From: a virus
Lineage: Duplodnaviria; Caudoviricetes
Strand: one strand, 5' to 3'
Virus record (IMG/VR): IMGVR_UViG_3300047321_000298
Coordinates: 181,518-245,517 of that record
Length of the DNA: 64,000 nucleotides
A model generated the notes under the pieces. That model worked only from the letters and a program-made list of their open reading frames with translations. It was not told the DNA's origin and did not search any database. Below are positions 52,979 through 62,637 of the stretch, in pieces. Position numbers and translations under genes: made by a program. The number at the start of each line of letters is the position of its first letter. Position 1 is the first letter of the stretch.

Positions 52979-53356
52979 TCACTGCTCCGAAAATATTAGG
53001 TTGAGCGCATCGGACACGCGTGGCGACACGATGAGCGAACCCTTGCCCGGGTAGTTGTAGACGACTAGCACCTTGTCGATCTTCAGAACTACCTCCACGG
53101 CGGTCGCTGCCCCGCGCTTCGATTCGAGGAACGTCGCGACGTAGCCACCTTGATTCAGCGTCTGGAACTCCGACTGAAAGAAATACCCAACGCGCTCGTC
53201 ACCTACCAACAGCCAGTTAGCAGTGAACATGCAGGCCAGTGGAATCCTCGGTCCGATTTCGATGGGCGTTCGCTTCGGTACCGGCCGCGTAAAAAGGGAA
53301 AAACCCCCATTTGCTTCATAGAACAGATGGGGGTCCAAGTCATTGTTGAATAACAT
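52979..53356 (-). CDS. hypothetical protein
   Basis: 125 aa, AGGAA RBS. Confidence 0.65.
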   Translation of the reverse strand: MLFNNDLDPHLFYEANGGFSLFTRPVPKRTPIEIGPRIPLACMFTANWLLVGDERVGYFFQSEFQTLNQGGYVATFLESKRGAATAVEVVLKIDKVLVVYNYPGKGSLIVSPRVSDALNLIFSEQ

Positions 53357-53359
53357 TTC

Positions 53360-54424
53360 CTATTCCTGATTCAACGCGATGAGCGAGTAGGCGTCTGCCG
53401 TCTTTAGGACAAGAAAAGATTCGGCATACTTGATTTGAACCGAGTCACCTGACTTGCGAACGGCCTCTTCAAAGTATTCGGCATCGATCCTGAACTCTGC
53501 ATCGAGCTTGGTTGTTGCTGGCAGCTTGCTTTTTGCTGTGCCCAGCGTGGTCTTAACCGTGAGAGTGACGAACCCGGGCTCACACTTCACCTGGACTTCA
53601 GAGCGCGATTTGTCGGAGACCGAACGCGCGTTGCTGAGGAAGCCCTGAACCTCTGACTTCTTCACTTCGATAGACTGCGCGTCAACCTTGAGCGACTCCT
53701 GCGCCTTTTCCCGGAGCATGTCGATACCGATCACCGAATCGTCGTCCGTCGCAGGGAGCGCCAGCGACACATCAACCAGCTTGTTCTTAACGTGCAGCGC
53801 TGACCCAGTGAGCAGCATCTTGCATTGCACCTTGTTGAACGTATCGAGGACGGCCGTCAGCGTGTCAATCGGCAACGTGAATTCCATGTCGCCAGTGATT
53901 TCCTTGGTGCGCGTGAACATCATGTGATTCGCGTCGGCGCACGCGACGAACGCAGACCGATCCGATAACTGAACCGACACGGGCATGAACGATGTGATGT
54001 TCTGTGTTGGTTTCAGGTAGACGGCAGCAACCGCATTCTTCAGCCAAGTTAGCTGCTCGATACTCACGACCCACGGCTTGCCCGTCACGTCTTCACGCTC
54101 AACAGCAATCGCGTCCAGTGTCGTTAGCTGCACCCGGTAGCGGCTGCTCTTGATCGTGAGCAACGACCCATCGAAATCGAACGTCAGTTCCTTGCGGCCT
54201 GAAATCGCATCCTTCAACGCCGTTGCTGGAATCGCGAACGTCGTGTCCTCGCCGTCAACTGGGGCAGGGATCAAGATCGAGCAGCGGCTCAGTGCGTCCA
54301 CGGAATGCAGGTAAATCTGGTTGTCCGAAATCTCGAAGGTGAAGTTGCCGGTGATGGGCGGGGCGAGGCGAAGTGCTACACGAATCGCCTCGTTGACGAT
54401 GTCAGAATCAATAGAAAAACGCAT
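53360..54424 (-). CDS. dnaN: DNA polymerase III beta-type sliding clamp
   Basis: 354 aa with the three-domain beta-clamp pattern (FVACADANHM; FRIDAEYFEEAVR; YSLIA C-terminus). Confidence 0.8.
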   Translation of the reverse strand: MRFSIDSDIVNEAIRVALRLAPPITGNFTFEISDNQIYLHSVDALSRCSILIPAPVDGEDTTFAIPATALKDAISGRKELTFDFDGSLLTIKSSRYRVQLTTLDAIAVEREDVTGKPWVVSIEQLTWLKNAVAAVYLKPTQNITSFMPVSVQLSDRSAFVACADANHMMFTRTKEITGDMEFTLPIDTLTAVLDTFNKVQCKMLLTGSALHVKNKLVDVSLALPATDDDSVIGIDMLREKAQESLKVDAQSIEVKKSEVQGFLSNARSVSDKSRSEVQVKCEPGFVTLTVKTTLGTAKSKLPATTKLDAEFRIDAEYFEEAVRKSGDSVQIKYAESFLVLKTADAYSLIALNQE

Positions 54425-54467
54425 TGGGAAGGGGTCAGTTTGTTGGCTTATTTATTATTTACTGGCG

Positions 54468-55313
54468 TCAAACCACAGTCAGGTTTAGCGTTGCAGGTGT
54501 TGAAGTCACGACACCGTTTGTGTTCATGGTGACCAAGAACGAAAAGGTGTAGGTTCCTGCGGGCGGGTCTTGCAAACGCAGAATCCGGATCGTGTCGAAC
54601 ACGGCACCGCCACCGGCAGAAATCGTTTGACCGCCTTGACCCGTCACCACCGAAGCCTTGAAGTAACCGCCTGCGGGATTCGACTGAATGCTGATCGACT
54701 GCGGCACAACAAAGTTGCCCGTGTTCTGCGTGTTCGTATCCGGGTTGAATTTCGCATTGAACAGCGTGGTCCACGAGAAATCGAAGAACGCGCAGTTCGG
54801 ATCAAACGCGGCCATGTCGATGCTGGTTGCCCAGCGCAGCGCTTGAGGTGTCGTCACTTGCGGATTCCCTGGAGAAGCGGCCGATGGGTTAACGAAGTCT
54901 GCGAGGCTGAACTTCAAAGAGTCCAGATACACGCCACGGCCGAAGAAGTTGATCATCTTCGTCGGGGTCAGCGCCCAACGTGAGTAGAAGCCGAGAGTGT
55001 TCGGGACACTCGAATACACGAGTTCGGTGTAGCCGAGCCACGGAGTCAGACCGTCTTCCACCTCAGGCCACTGTGCTGCCATGAATTGTTCAACGCGCTG
55101 CTCATCGTTGATGTTGGTCCGATTCTTCGGAGCCAGCGTCACTGTCGTGATCGGCACAGAGCCGTCAGCCAGGACGAACGATTTCTCGGTGCCAGCGAAG
55201 GTCGTGCTCGCGATAGGGAAGAAGCCGACCACGTTTCCGGAGGTCGTAAGAACCGGAAGCACGGTCTGTGTTGAGGGTGCTGCCAGCGGCAGACCATACT
55301 GATTTTGTGACAT
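54468..55313 (-). CDS. putative virion structural protein
   Basis: ATG 55313 with AAGGA RBS; Thr/Gly/Pro-rich beta protein with an Ig-like C-terminus (GTYTFSFLVT...ATLNLTV). Confidence 0.55.
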   Translation of the reverse strand: MSQNQYGLPLAAPSTQTVLPVLTTSGNVVGFFPIASTTFAGTEKSFVLADGSVPITTVTLAPKNRTNINDEQRVEQFMAAQWPEVEDGLTPWLGYTELVYSSVPNTLGFYSRWALTPTKMINFFGRGVYLDSLKFSLADFVNPSAASPGNPQVTTPQALRWATSIDMAAFDPNCAFFDFSWTTLFNAKFNPDTNTQNTGNFVVPQSISIQSNPAGGYFKASVVTGQGGQTISAGGGAVFDTIRILRLQDPPAGTYTFSFLVTMNTNGVVTSTPATLNLTVV

Positions 55314-55324
55314 TTGGTGTTCCT

Positions 55325-55708
55325 TTATTGAGCGACGTTCTGTACCTTCACAAAACTGAGATTCGTACCCTGGCAAGTCACGCCGCACACACAGGTACCG
55401 CCTGACGGGTCGGTCTGAGTGATCAGTTCTTCATTCGGGAATAGCTCGGTACCCACGGGCTCGCGCCAACACACTCGAAGTTCTTGCTGCTGCGTGTTGG
55501 ACAGATCGAGAGGGCCGTCTGTAATCGGCGCATAGGCGAAAGGCGTGAATGCTGACGTGACGGGTGCACCTACGAGCGTCACAGTTGGTGCTGCCTGCAC
55601 GGGCAGGAACGCGCCATCTGAGAGAACGAGGTCGGTCGTATCAACATCGATCACCTGTTGCGGTTGGCCGTTGACAGGTACCAGATACAAGCGAATGAAA
55701 GAGGGCAT
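55325..55708 (-). CDS. putative virion structural protein
   Basis: 127 aa, downstream of the late-type motif at 55745-55754. Confidence 0.5.
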   Translation of the reverse strand: MPSFIRLYLVPVNGQPQQVIDVDTTDLVLSDGAFLPVQAAPTVTLVGAPVTSAFTPFAYAPITDGPLDLSNTQQQELRVCWREPVGTELFPNEELITQTDPSGGTCVCGVTCQGTNLSFVKVQNVAQ

Positions 55709-55750
55709 GGTTGCTAAGACTCCAGGGAAATGAGGGAATGCCCTATCAAA

Positions 55751-56515
55751 TTACTGCTTGTTTTTGGCTTCCTTTATGCGAGCCACGGCCATTGGGTAAT
55801 ATTTGTCGTCCTTCTCGATGCCGATGAAATTTCGGCCCGTGTTCGCACAAGCGACACCGGTCGTACCCGAACCCATGCAGTTATCTAATACCGTGTCACC
55901 CTCTTGGGTATAGGTGTTGATTAGATACTCCATCAACTGAACCGGCTTCTGCGTGGGATGCATGTGCCCTTTGCCGGACGGATTTGAAATCTTCACGACT
56001 GAGCGAGGAACCCGCTTACCATCGCTCTTTCCGAGATAGCCTTTCATGCCACCGCTTGTGACCCGCTTACCGCCCGTAGCGAAACCTCTGTCCCAGGGCT
56101 CACCCGCCTCGAATTGCGGGTGATACCGCATAGGGTCTTTCGAACCCTGCGCAGCAGGAGCCTTACTGAATACGCATATGTCTTCGTGCACTTTCAAGGG
56201 TTGATACTTGGTGTGAACGAAATTACTGCCCTTGGTCTTCTCCCACACCCAGCAGTACTTGAATAACTTAATATTGCTGGCTATGAGCGTGGTCGTGAAC
56301 GGCTGAGAGGCGGTCAGCACGATTGCAGCGTTGCGTTTTGTTATACGCAGATAGTGCTTCCAGAGAGGGGCGAATGCGATTATCGAGTCCCATTTGCAGG
56401 CAGTGGTTCCGTACGGTAGGTCACACAAAATAAGATCAACAGATTGGTCTTCTATCTTGTACATTTTGTCCAGACAGTCGCCATGCATAACCCATGTCCA
56501 AGGTTCTTTACTCAT
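55751..56515 (-). CDS. orphan DNA amino-methyltransferase (N6-A/N4-C, beta class)
   Basis: DLILCDLPYGTT (motif IV), HPTQKP, VLDNCMGSGTTG (motif I). Confidence 0.93.
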   Translation of the reverse strand: MSKEPWTWVMHGDCLDKMYKIEDQSVDLILCDLPYGTTACKWDSIIAFAPLWKHYLRITKRNAAIVLTASQPFTTTLIASNIKLFKYCWVWEKTKGSNFVHTKYQPLKVHEDICVFSKAPAAQGSKDPMRYHPQFEAGEPWDRGFATGGKRVTSGGMKGYLGKSDGKRVPRSVVKISNPSGKGHMHPTQKPVQLMEYLINTYTQEGDTVLDNCMGSGTTGVACANTGRNFIGIEKDDKYYPMAVARIKEAKNKQ

Positions 56516-57228
56516 TGATTCTGACTCGCTGACTTGATCACGTACATGATTTCGAACTGCTCAACGCCGAATTCCTTGCACACCTGTTCCACTGGTTTGC
56601 TGTTGGTTGCCTTGATCGCTTCGCGCAGATTCAGCGCTTTGTCTGAGTCCATCATCGAGAGCAGATCGTTGAACTTCAGGCTCGATTTGAGGATCGTTTT
56701 GACCTTGGCGAGGGGCACCATCCCCGCGAGATACTGGATGCACAGCTTCTGCACTTCCTTGCGCTTCGGGTACGGCGTGATGCGGTAAATCGAACCTTGG
56801 ATCAGGTTGAGGAAGGCAGGCTTCGAGGCAATCAGTACGTAGTCAGATAGTGAAGGTTCATTGACCGTCAGCGACCAGCTTGTCTCCGCGTCCAACGCGT
56901 GGACCAGCGCATCTTTTATCGAGTCCTCAAGAGACTTCGTGCGGCGCTCAGGCCACAGCATCTGACTGACGTTGGACTGTCCTAGAGCCGTGCGCGCATC
57001 GCACACAAAGTAGATGAGGGGTGACCGCTTCGTCTTGATCTTCGGAATCGTTTTCAGCTTGTCGATAACGACAGGCCACGCTGGCTGCGCCGCAGATAAG
57101 CCGTCAATCGTCACGGCCATCGTGCGGATAAATCCCCCGACTACGGAATGGCTCAACTGGAAGCGCTTCAGAATTTCTGACGCTTCGATAGGTGAGCAAT
57201 CCACCAGGCCATAGGCGTTTAAAATCAT
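56512..57228 (-). CDS. hypothetical protein
   Basis: 238 aa, coupled to sbcC and the MTase. Confidence 0.7.
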   Translation of the reverse strand: MILNAYGLVDCSPIEASEILKRFQLSHSVVGGFIRTMAVTIDGLSAAQPAWPVVIDKLKTIPKIKTKRSPLIYFVCDARTALGQSNVSQMLWPERRTKSLEDSIKDALVHALDAETSWSLTVNEPSLSDYVLIASKPAFLNLIQGSIYRITPYPKRKEVQKLCIQYLAGMVPLAKVKTILKSSLKFNDLLSMMDSDKALNLREAIKATNSKPVEQVCKEFGVEQFEIMYVIKSASQNQ

Positions 57229-59480
57229 TTGATTACCTTCTGTTGGTTCGGGAAGCCCTCAACGATTTGTGAGACACCTTTGTTTTTTACGACTGTGTAG
57301 ACGTGTGCCCCTTCGATGATTTCCATCTTGGGGCTGAGGATGACGATTGACGGGATCAGCGTGTTCATGATGCGCACGAGCTTCACGAACACCTGCGTCA
57401 TCTCATCCGACAGACGCGCGGTCGGCTCGTCCAGGATCAGGACCGAGCTACGCTTCTTCGAGGGAACGAACGCGAGCAAAGCACACACCAGAATCAGCGT
57501 GAACAGCGTGGACTCAGCGCCCGACAAACGACGCACGTCGATGGGCTCCTTCGATTCCGGCCGGTGGCACAGAATCTTGATGTCGGATTCCCACTTGAAC
57601 TCGAACGTGAACTGTTCCGGCAGGATCATTGCCGCGTACTTATTCACGAGTGCCATCAGCCGCTGACTGATCGCTTCGATGATCATCTTCTTGATGTTCT
57701 TGTCCTGGAACCCTTGAACCAGCAACTTCAGCGGCTCTTCGTCCTTCAGTTCCTCGCGCATCTCACGGAGCCGTGTGCGCATATCTGCCAGACGTTCCGA
57801 CAGTGTTTCCTGCACTTCGAGCTTCGCCTGAAGTCGTGCACACTTGTCTTGAAGCTCGTTCATCTGCAAAGCCAGATCGTGAGATTCGCCCGCTTCCTTG
57901 ATCTGCTCCTTCGTCAGCTTCTGGAAGTCGATCACTGAATCCAGATGCGGTTCCATGTATCGGAGCAGAGAACGGCGCTCGTTCAACTCTTCGATCATCT
58001 TTTTCAGGACGACCGTCTGAAGCTTCTTGCCCACGAACGGTTCGGGGCGCTCCGGGAGCTTGCACAGTTCCTCGTGCGCGTCTTCCCACTTGCTCAAACG
58101 ATCTTCCTCAGCGCGCTCCTTTTCAAGCTCCGCCTTAAGCGTGAGAATGTCTGCCTTGTCCTTCCGGCGCTGATTGAGCGCTTCTTTGTATTCGCGGTAC
58201 GCTTCGTGGTCCAGAAGCTTCTGCTTGATCGTCTTAATCTTCTTTTGGACCAAGGCGGGGTCTTTGATTTTGACCGGCTGTCCGCATGTTTCGCACTTGC
58301 CGTCTTCGAACTGTTCGGCGTGCTCTAGATGGTGTTTGTACACGCGCAGCAGCGTTTGCAGATCGCCTTCATCTTCTTCGGGTTTCTCCACGCGCGGTGG
58401 GAGTTCGACCCTAAGCCGGTCGCGCACCACGCGGTACTCATGGTCGGCGGCATGCACGTTGACCGACTGATGCATCCGTAACTCAGCCTGTGGGCCAGTC
58501 TTCTTGAACACGTCATCGCCGTATTTGTTCAGGAGCTTCGCGGCAAACGGCGAGAGCTTTTCGAGCATCCGCATGTACCGCTCGTTGTCCCGCTTGTACT
58601 GTTCCCAGCGCTCCGCGTCTTCGAGTTCGGCTCTACACTTTTTTAGCTCCCACGCGTTGTCCGATTGCAGGCGCTCGAATTCCTTGTGCGTGATTTCGCC
58701 TTCGGCCGTGGCATCCGCCAGAATCTGTATAGACTCCTTGGCGCTGTCGGCGAATTGCATGAGTCGCAGAGTATCCTGCACGCCCGTGAACCGGTCCTGA
58801 AGCGTTTTAAGCTGCTTCCTGAGCCTTTTCACACGAGCTTCTAACTTCTCTCTTTCTTCTGTCGGTAGGATGTCTGCGCGTAGCTTGTCGGCTTGGGCCC
58901 GGAGTTCATCGTAGGCAGCGCGTACGCGTTTGAGGTTCGAGAGTTCGGCTGAATACAGTTTCCGCTCAGCGTCGATCTTCGTTATGTTGAAAAATTCGGT
59001 GAAGAAACGCAAACGTTCCGCAGACTTGCCCATGACAAGCGGATGCGGAACGCGAGAATCGATTGCTACGTACGTGTCGTACTCTTCATCGGTCAGGGGC
59101 CACGCCTTTTCGATGTACGACTTCGCGATGGTTGGAGTCCGGAATTCCTTGTCAACCCCGTCCTCCACGATCTTGATTTTTTCGCCGCGCCCCTTGGCTT
59201 GACGCTCAACCAAGATACGCTTGCCTGCGTAGTTCGTGAATTCGAGAGACCGCGTACCATGACGCACGCGGTCGGACTTCTCTCCAACGGACGGCGAGTC
59301 GTACACAATCTCGCGAGGCGCACCGCCTAGGAACGATTTACCCACACCATTCGAGTTTTTCGAGTTGCGACCTCCAGCCCGGTTCAGGCCGTAGATCATC
59401 GAAATGCCGGGTTTGATGTCGAACTTCAAATCCTTAAACGGCCCCGTATTTTGAAGCCCAATGCTATGCAGGTAGTTCAT
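57225..59480 (-). CDS. sbcC: SbcC/Rad50/gp46-like ABC ATPase
   Basis: Walker A SNGVGKS, central CETC zinc hook in a coiled coil, LSGAE signature, LILDEP. Confidence 0.92.
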   Translation of the reverse strand: MNYLHSIGLQNTGPFKDLKFDIKPGISMIYGLNRAGGRNSKNSNGVGKSFLGGAPREIVYDSPSVGEKSDRVRHGTRSLEFTNYAGKRILVERQAKGRGEKIKIVEDGVDKEFRTPTIAKSYIEKAWPLTDEEYDTYVAIDSRVPHPLVMGKSAERLRFFTEFFNITKIDAERKLYSAELSNLKRVRAAYDELRAQADKLRADILPTEEREKLEARVKRLRKQLKTLQDRFTGVQDTLRLMQFADSAKESIQILADATAEGEITHKEFERLQSDNAWELKKCRAELEDAERWEQYKRDNERYMRMLEKLSPFAAKLLNKYGDDVFKKTGPQAELRMHQSVNVHAADHEYRVVRDRLRVELPPRVEKPEEDEGDLQTLLRVYKHHLEHAEQFEDGKCETCGQPVKIKDPALVQKKIKTIKQKLLDHEAYREYKEALNQRRKDKADILTLKAELEKERAEEDRLSKWEDAHEELCKLPERPEPFVGKKLQTVVLKKMIEELNERRSLLRYMEPHLDSVIDFQKLTKEQIKEAGESHDLALQMNELQDKCARLQAKLEVQETLSERLADMRTRLREMREELKDEEPLKLLVQGFQDKNIKKMIIEAISQRLMALVNKYAAMILPEQFTFEFKWESDIKILCHRPESKEPIDVRRLSGAESTLFTLILVCALLAFVPSKKRSSVLILDEPTARLSDEMTQVFVKLVRIMNTLIPSIVILSPKMEIIEGAHVYTVVKNKGVSQIVEGFPNQQKVIK

Positions 59481-59519
59481 TCGCTAGTTCAGGAGAGAAG
59501 TGTTGTTTACACCATTTAT

Positions 59520-59831
59520 TTACTGCGGTACGGGCAAAATGTGCGGTCGGTAGGCTTCGAGCCCTGACGCCTCCCTCCCCGATATCAAGCAATCGGACAG
59601 CGACATGATCACGTGGCCCTTTGGCATGCCGTACCACGTGTCATCGAGTATGTATTCCACCTCGAACAGCAGCCACGGACCAGTCAGGATCATGAATTCA
59701 TTCAGTTCGCGCAGCAGTAAATAATCGGAGACGCGGAAATCTCGATCATTTACCCTGAACTCGAATTTCTTCCGGCCATCTACCAGCGCGGGGAAGTGCA
59801 TTGCTGCAACCTTTAGATCATGGATTCGCAT
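59520..59831 (-). CDS. ASCH/PUA-like (DUF3850-type) protein
   Basis: IHDLKV...F..LVDGRKKFEFRVNDRDFRV.DYLLLRE. Confidence 0.8.
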   Translation of the reverse strand: MRIHDLKVAAMHFPALVDGRKKFEFRVNDRDFRVSDYLLLRELNEFMILTGPWLLFEVEYILDDTWYGMPKGHVIMSLSDCLISGREASGLEAYRPHILPVPQ

Positions 59832-60021
59832 CGCGTACCTCCGTGATGATCGATGGGCTTAGCAACACCGTGGCAACGCTCGCGGGAAGCCATTCATCAC
59901 TAATGCAGTAATCACCTCGACCAGTTATCCACGCACGCCACTCCTTTTGAAGCAACCACGGATTCTCTTTCGCGAATTCGCTACTTGGGTCTATACGAAT
60001 GAATACATATTTAACCGTCAT
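59818..60021 (-). CDS. hypothetical protein
   Basis: ATG 60021 (MTVKYVFIR) with GGAG RBS. Confidence 0.55.
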   Translation of the reverse strand: MTVKYVFIRIDPSSEFAKENPWLLQKEWRAWITGRGDYCISDEWLPASVATVLLSPSIITEVRDANP

Positions 60022-60158
60022 TTTCGCTCCCGTTTCTGCTGACAGTGCGATACGCACGCCATGATCATGAGAAGGGCGATGAAACCAACAACTGCCCAGT
60101 TCCTCAGAAATATCGAAACGCCGATTACGGCCAGCCCGCCAGCTAGCGCAGCCTTCAT
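60018..60158 (-). CDS. small membrane protein (46 aa, not in ORF track)
   Basis: MKAALAGGLAVIGVSIFLRNWAVVGFIALLMIMACVSHCQQKRERK; overlaps neighbours at both ends. Confidence 0.5.
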   Translation of the reverse strand: MKAALAGGLAVIGVSIFLRNWAVVGFIALLMIMACVSHCQQKRERK

Positions 60159-61297
60159 TTGCTCATCTCCTTGATGAGCGTGTACGCCTCAGCCGACAGC
60201 AGATCGGTTGCCGGAACTTGAAAGCTCATGGCTTCGGCCGCAATCTTGGTGATGCGAGAGTTGACCAGCGCGAGCGTTGACAGAGTCGGCTGGAACTCCT
60301 TGACGGCAGCGCTCAGTTTCTTGTTCGACTCGTTCCACCACACCTTGCGATGTTTCTCACCCTTCAGGACCTTGACGTTCAGCAGGAACTGAGCGCCCCA
60401 CGTCACTTTCTTCATGAACTGGAAGGGATCGGACACGTCCATCAACGCGCGATGAGCGGGTCCGAATTGCCCTGCGTACAGCGCGATGAGGAAATCGACG
60501 GCCAGCTTGTCGTCACTTGATTCCAACGACGACAGAACGTCACCGAGCGCTTCGATAGATAGAAGGGCGGGCTTCTTGCCTTCCACGCCGTCGTAGTACT
60601 GCTGAAGGCCTTGAATCATGTTGGCGAGCGTACGCATCGAGCTTTCCGAAGCTCGTGCTACCTGGCGCAGAAGCTCGCGATCTTCGTCCAGCAGGTACGT
60701 CATCTTTTCGCCCTTGGCCACACGGATCGCGTACTTCAGCATGTCGTCTTCTGACGGTGCCTGAAGGTGGAACACCGTGCAGCGCGAGAGCAGGGCGCGG
60801 CCATGATTCGATGAGTTGAATTTTTCAGGTTCGGACGACCCGAAAATCCAGGTGGTGTGCGAACTCGGCTCTTCAACAGGCTTCAGCAGACCCTGAGCAG
60901 CAGTAGCGTTCGACATGAACTGCTGTGCTTCGTCAATGAGGATGAAGCGACGCTTCGAGCCCATCGGCCTGAACTTCGATACACGCTCCAGATCGCGTAC
61001 GTCCTCGATTGAGCGCTGAGTCGCGGCGTTCAGTTCCTTGTAGTCCTGCTGCTCTGCAACCGGTTTTTCGTTCACAGCAGCAGCCAGACATCGAGCAAGC
61101 GTGGTTTTACCGGCTGAGAACGGACCGAAGAAAGCAATAGCGTTCGGAATCTTGCCGGTGTTGACCATGCCGCGCATCCGGGTGACCGCTGCTTCCTGGC
61201 CGATCACGCGATCTAGTGTCTGCGGCCGGTACTTGCGGTGAAGCGCGTTTTCTTCAGGGTCGGGAACTGCTGCTGTTGCGGGTTTCTTGGTTGCCAT
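60155..61297 (-). CDS. dnaX: clamp loader ATPase, DNA polymerase III gamma/tau-like
   Basis: LHRKYRPQTLDRVIGQE, GPFSAGKTTLAR, ELNAA, ILIDEAQ, LLKPVEEP, LSRC. Confidence 0.92.
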   Translation of the reverse strand: MATKKPATAAVPDPEENALHRKYRPQTLDRVIGQEAAVTRMRGMVNTGKIPNAIAFFGPFSAGKTTLARCLAAAVNEKPVAEQQDYKELNAATQRSIEDVRDLERVSKFRPMGSKRRFILIDEAQQFMSNATAAQGLLKPVEEPSSHTTWIFGSSEPEKFNSSNHGRALLSRCTVFHLQAPSEDDMLKYAIRVAKGEKMTYLLDEDRELLRQVARASESSMRTLANMIQGLQQYYDGVEGKKPALLSIEALGDVLSSLESSDDKLAVDFLIALYAGQFGPAHRALMDVSDPFQFMKKVTWGAQFLLNVKVLKGEKHRKVWWNESNKKLSAAVKEFQPTLSTLALVNSRITKIAAEAMSFQVPATDLLSAEAYTLIKEMSK

Positions 61298-61300
61298 GTT

Positions 61301-61633
61301 TTATTCGTCTGAGTCGTTCGTCGGTTCGTAGCGTTTGATTTCGCGGTCGATTGCATCCTCCACCGCGTTCCCGATGCGCTTCGGAATCACCCTTCTGTAC
61401 ATATCCATATCGGCACCGGGCGGCACGCTGTACGTCTCAGTAATGCCCATGCTCACCGGTTCGAATTTCGGTACCTGCACCGTTTTGTGGATCGTTATCG
61501 TTATCGAATCCGGTGTCGGGATCGGCGTAGATTTGGTGGAATTCACCATAGAGTTCTGCCCATTCTGTGGACGGTCTAAACATCGTCCGTTGCTTACGTT
61601 TGCGCTGGCGTTCGTAGTCTGCCTGGAAGTCAT
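61301..61633 (-). CDS. hypothetical protein
   Basis: 110 aa; DSITITIHKTVQVPKFEPVSMG. Confidence 0.65.
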   Translation of the reverse strand: MTSRQTTNASANVSNGRCLDRPQNGQNSMVNSTKSTPIPTPDSITITIHKTVQVPKFEPVSMGITETYSVPPGADMDMYRRVIPKRIGNAVEDAIDREIKRYEPTNDSDE

Positions 61634-61662
61634 CCAGTAGCTGTTTGCGCAGCGCTACCCAT

Positions 61663-62565
61663 TCACTTAGCTGCATCCTTCAACTCTCTATTTACGAAAG
61701 CCCTCAGAGGCAGGTGATCGGACTGCTTGCCCAACCGGTACGCCTGCTTGAGTTGGTTGTACAGAACCTCGTCGTCCTTCTTGCAGACCGAGCACATGTC
61801 ATTCGTGCACTTGTCGTATTCGAGCAGTGCCTTCACGTCGCTCCATGTCTCCGCATCCAGTGCGTCGTTGTGCGCGCGTCGATACCGTTTGATCCGGCGC
61901 AATACCTCTTCCCGTTTCGTATCGGTCAGAAGCCGTGCATACACGGGCGGTTCAACGCTGGGGTTGTCACGGAGAATGAACGCGTCCATGAAACCCTCAA
62001 TCTTCTTGCCGTACTGGATTTCGAAGAGGACTGCATAGACCTCGATCTGTTCGATATAAGCGGCACCCGGATTAGTCTTTTTGTTGGGCGCGGCCTTCAC
62101 TGATGTCGTTTTGAAATCGAGAATCCACAACTTCCCTTTCTCATCTACGTACACCGCGTCGATGTGGCCTTTCATCCCCTTCGTGTCGATCCGCACCTCG
62201 TGATACTTCGTCGGAAATCCGCAGCACTCGTGCTTCAGTGACAGGCGGTGCCACTTCCCGCATTCGAGGCAGTGGTAGTCAGCGAGAAACCGGCCGCTCG
62301 CCGCGAGATACGACTGCATAACGTCGTGCACCACTGTTCCAACGCGCGTGTAGAAAGCGGTGCGCATCGACTGCGGTCGGTTCAAGCCGTATGAGGCGTG
62401 AGTAATGAAAAATTCGCGAGGACAAAAGGGGAGTTGTGAGGCGCGCAGCGAGAGGATTCGCATTGGTTCAACGCGCTCCATCATCACCGTGTTTTCAAGC
62501 GCGTTCGAATAAACGCGAAAGAAATCTTTGGCTATAGAAACAGATGTTAGGGGCCTCACGCGCAT
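61663..62565 (-). CDS. PD-(D/E)XK exonuclease (Cas4/RecB-like, Cys-bearing)
   Basis: ASQLPFCPR, GTVVH, GHIDAV, ILDFKTTS, YIEQIEVYA, C..MC..C. Confidence 0.88.
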   Translation of the reverse strand: MRVRPLTSVSIAKDFFRVYSNALENTVMMERVEPMRILSLRASQLPFCPREFFITHASYGLNRPQSMRTAFYTRVGTVVHDVMQSYLAASGRFLADYHCLECGKWHRLSLKHECCGFPTKYHEVRIDTKGMKGHIDAVYVDEKGKLWILDFKTTSVKAAPNKKTNPGAAYIEQIEVYAVLFEIQYGKKIEGFMDAFILRDNPSVEPPVYARLLTDTKREEVLRRIKRYRRAHNDALDAETWSDVKALLEYDKCTNDMCSVCKKDDEVLYNQLKQAYRLGKQSDHLPLRAFVNRELKDAAK

Positions 62566-62637
62566 ATAAAACCTTCAATTTTAGTGAACCAGTAATCAAA
62601 TTCCCCTGTTTCTATACTTTATTTACTAGAGGCTTCT

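Noticed and set aside
61663-62565. Cas4 implying CRISPR adaptation
   Set aside because: PD-(D/E)XK/Cas4-like nucleases are common in phage replication modules, and no array is present.
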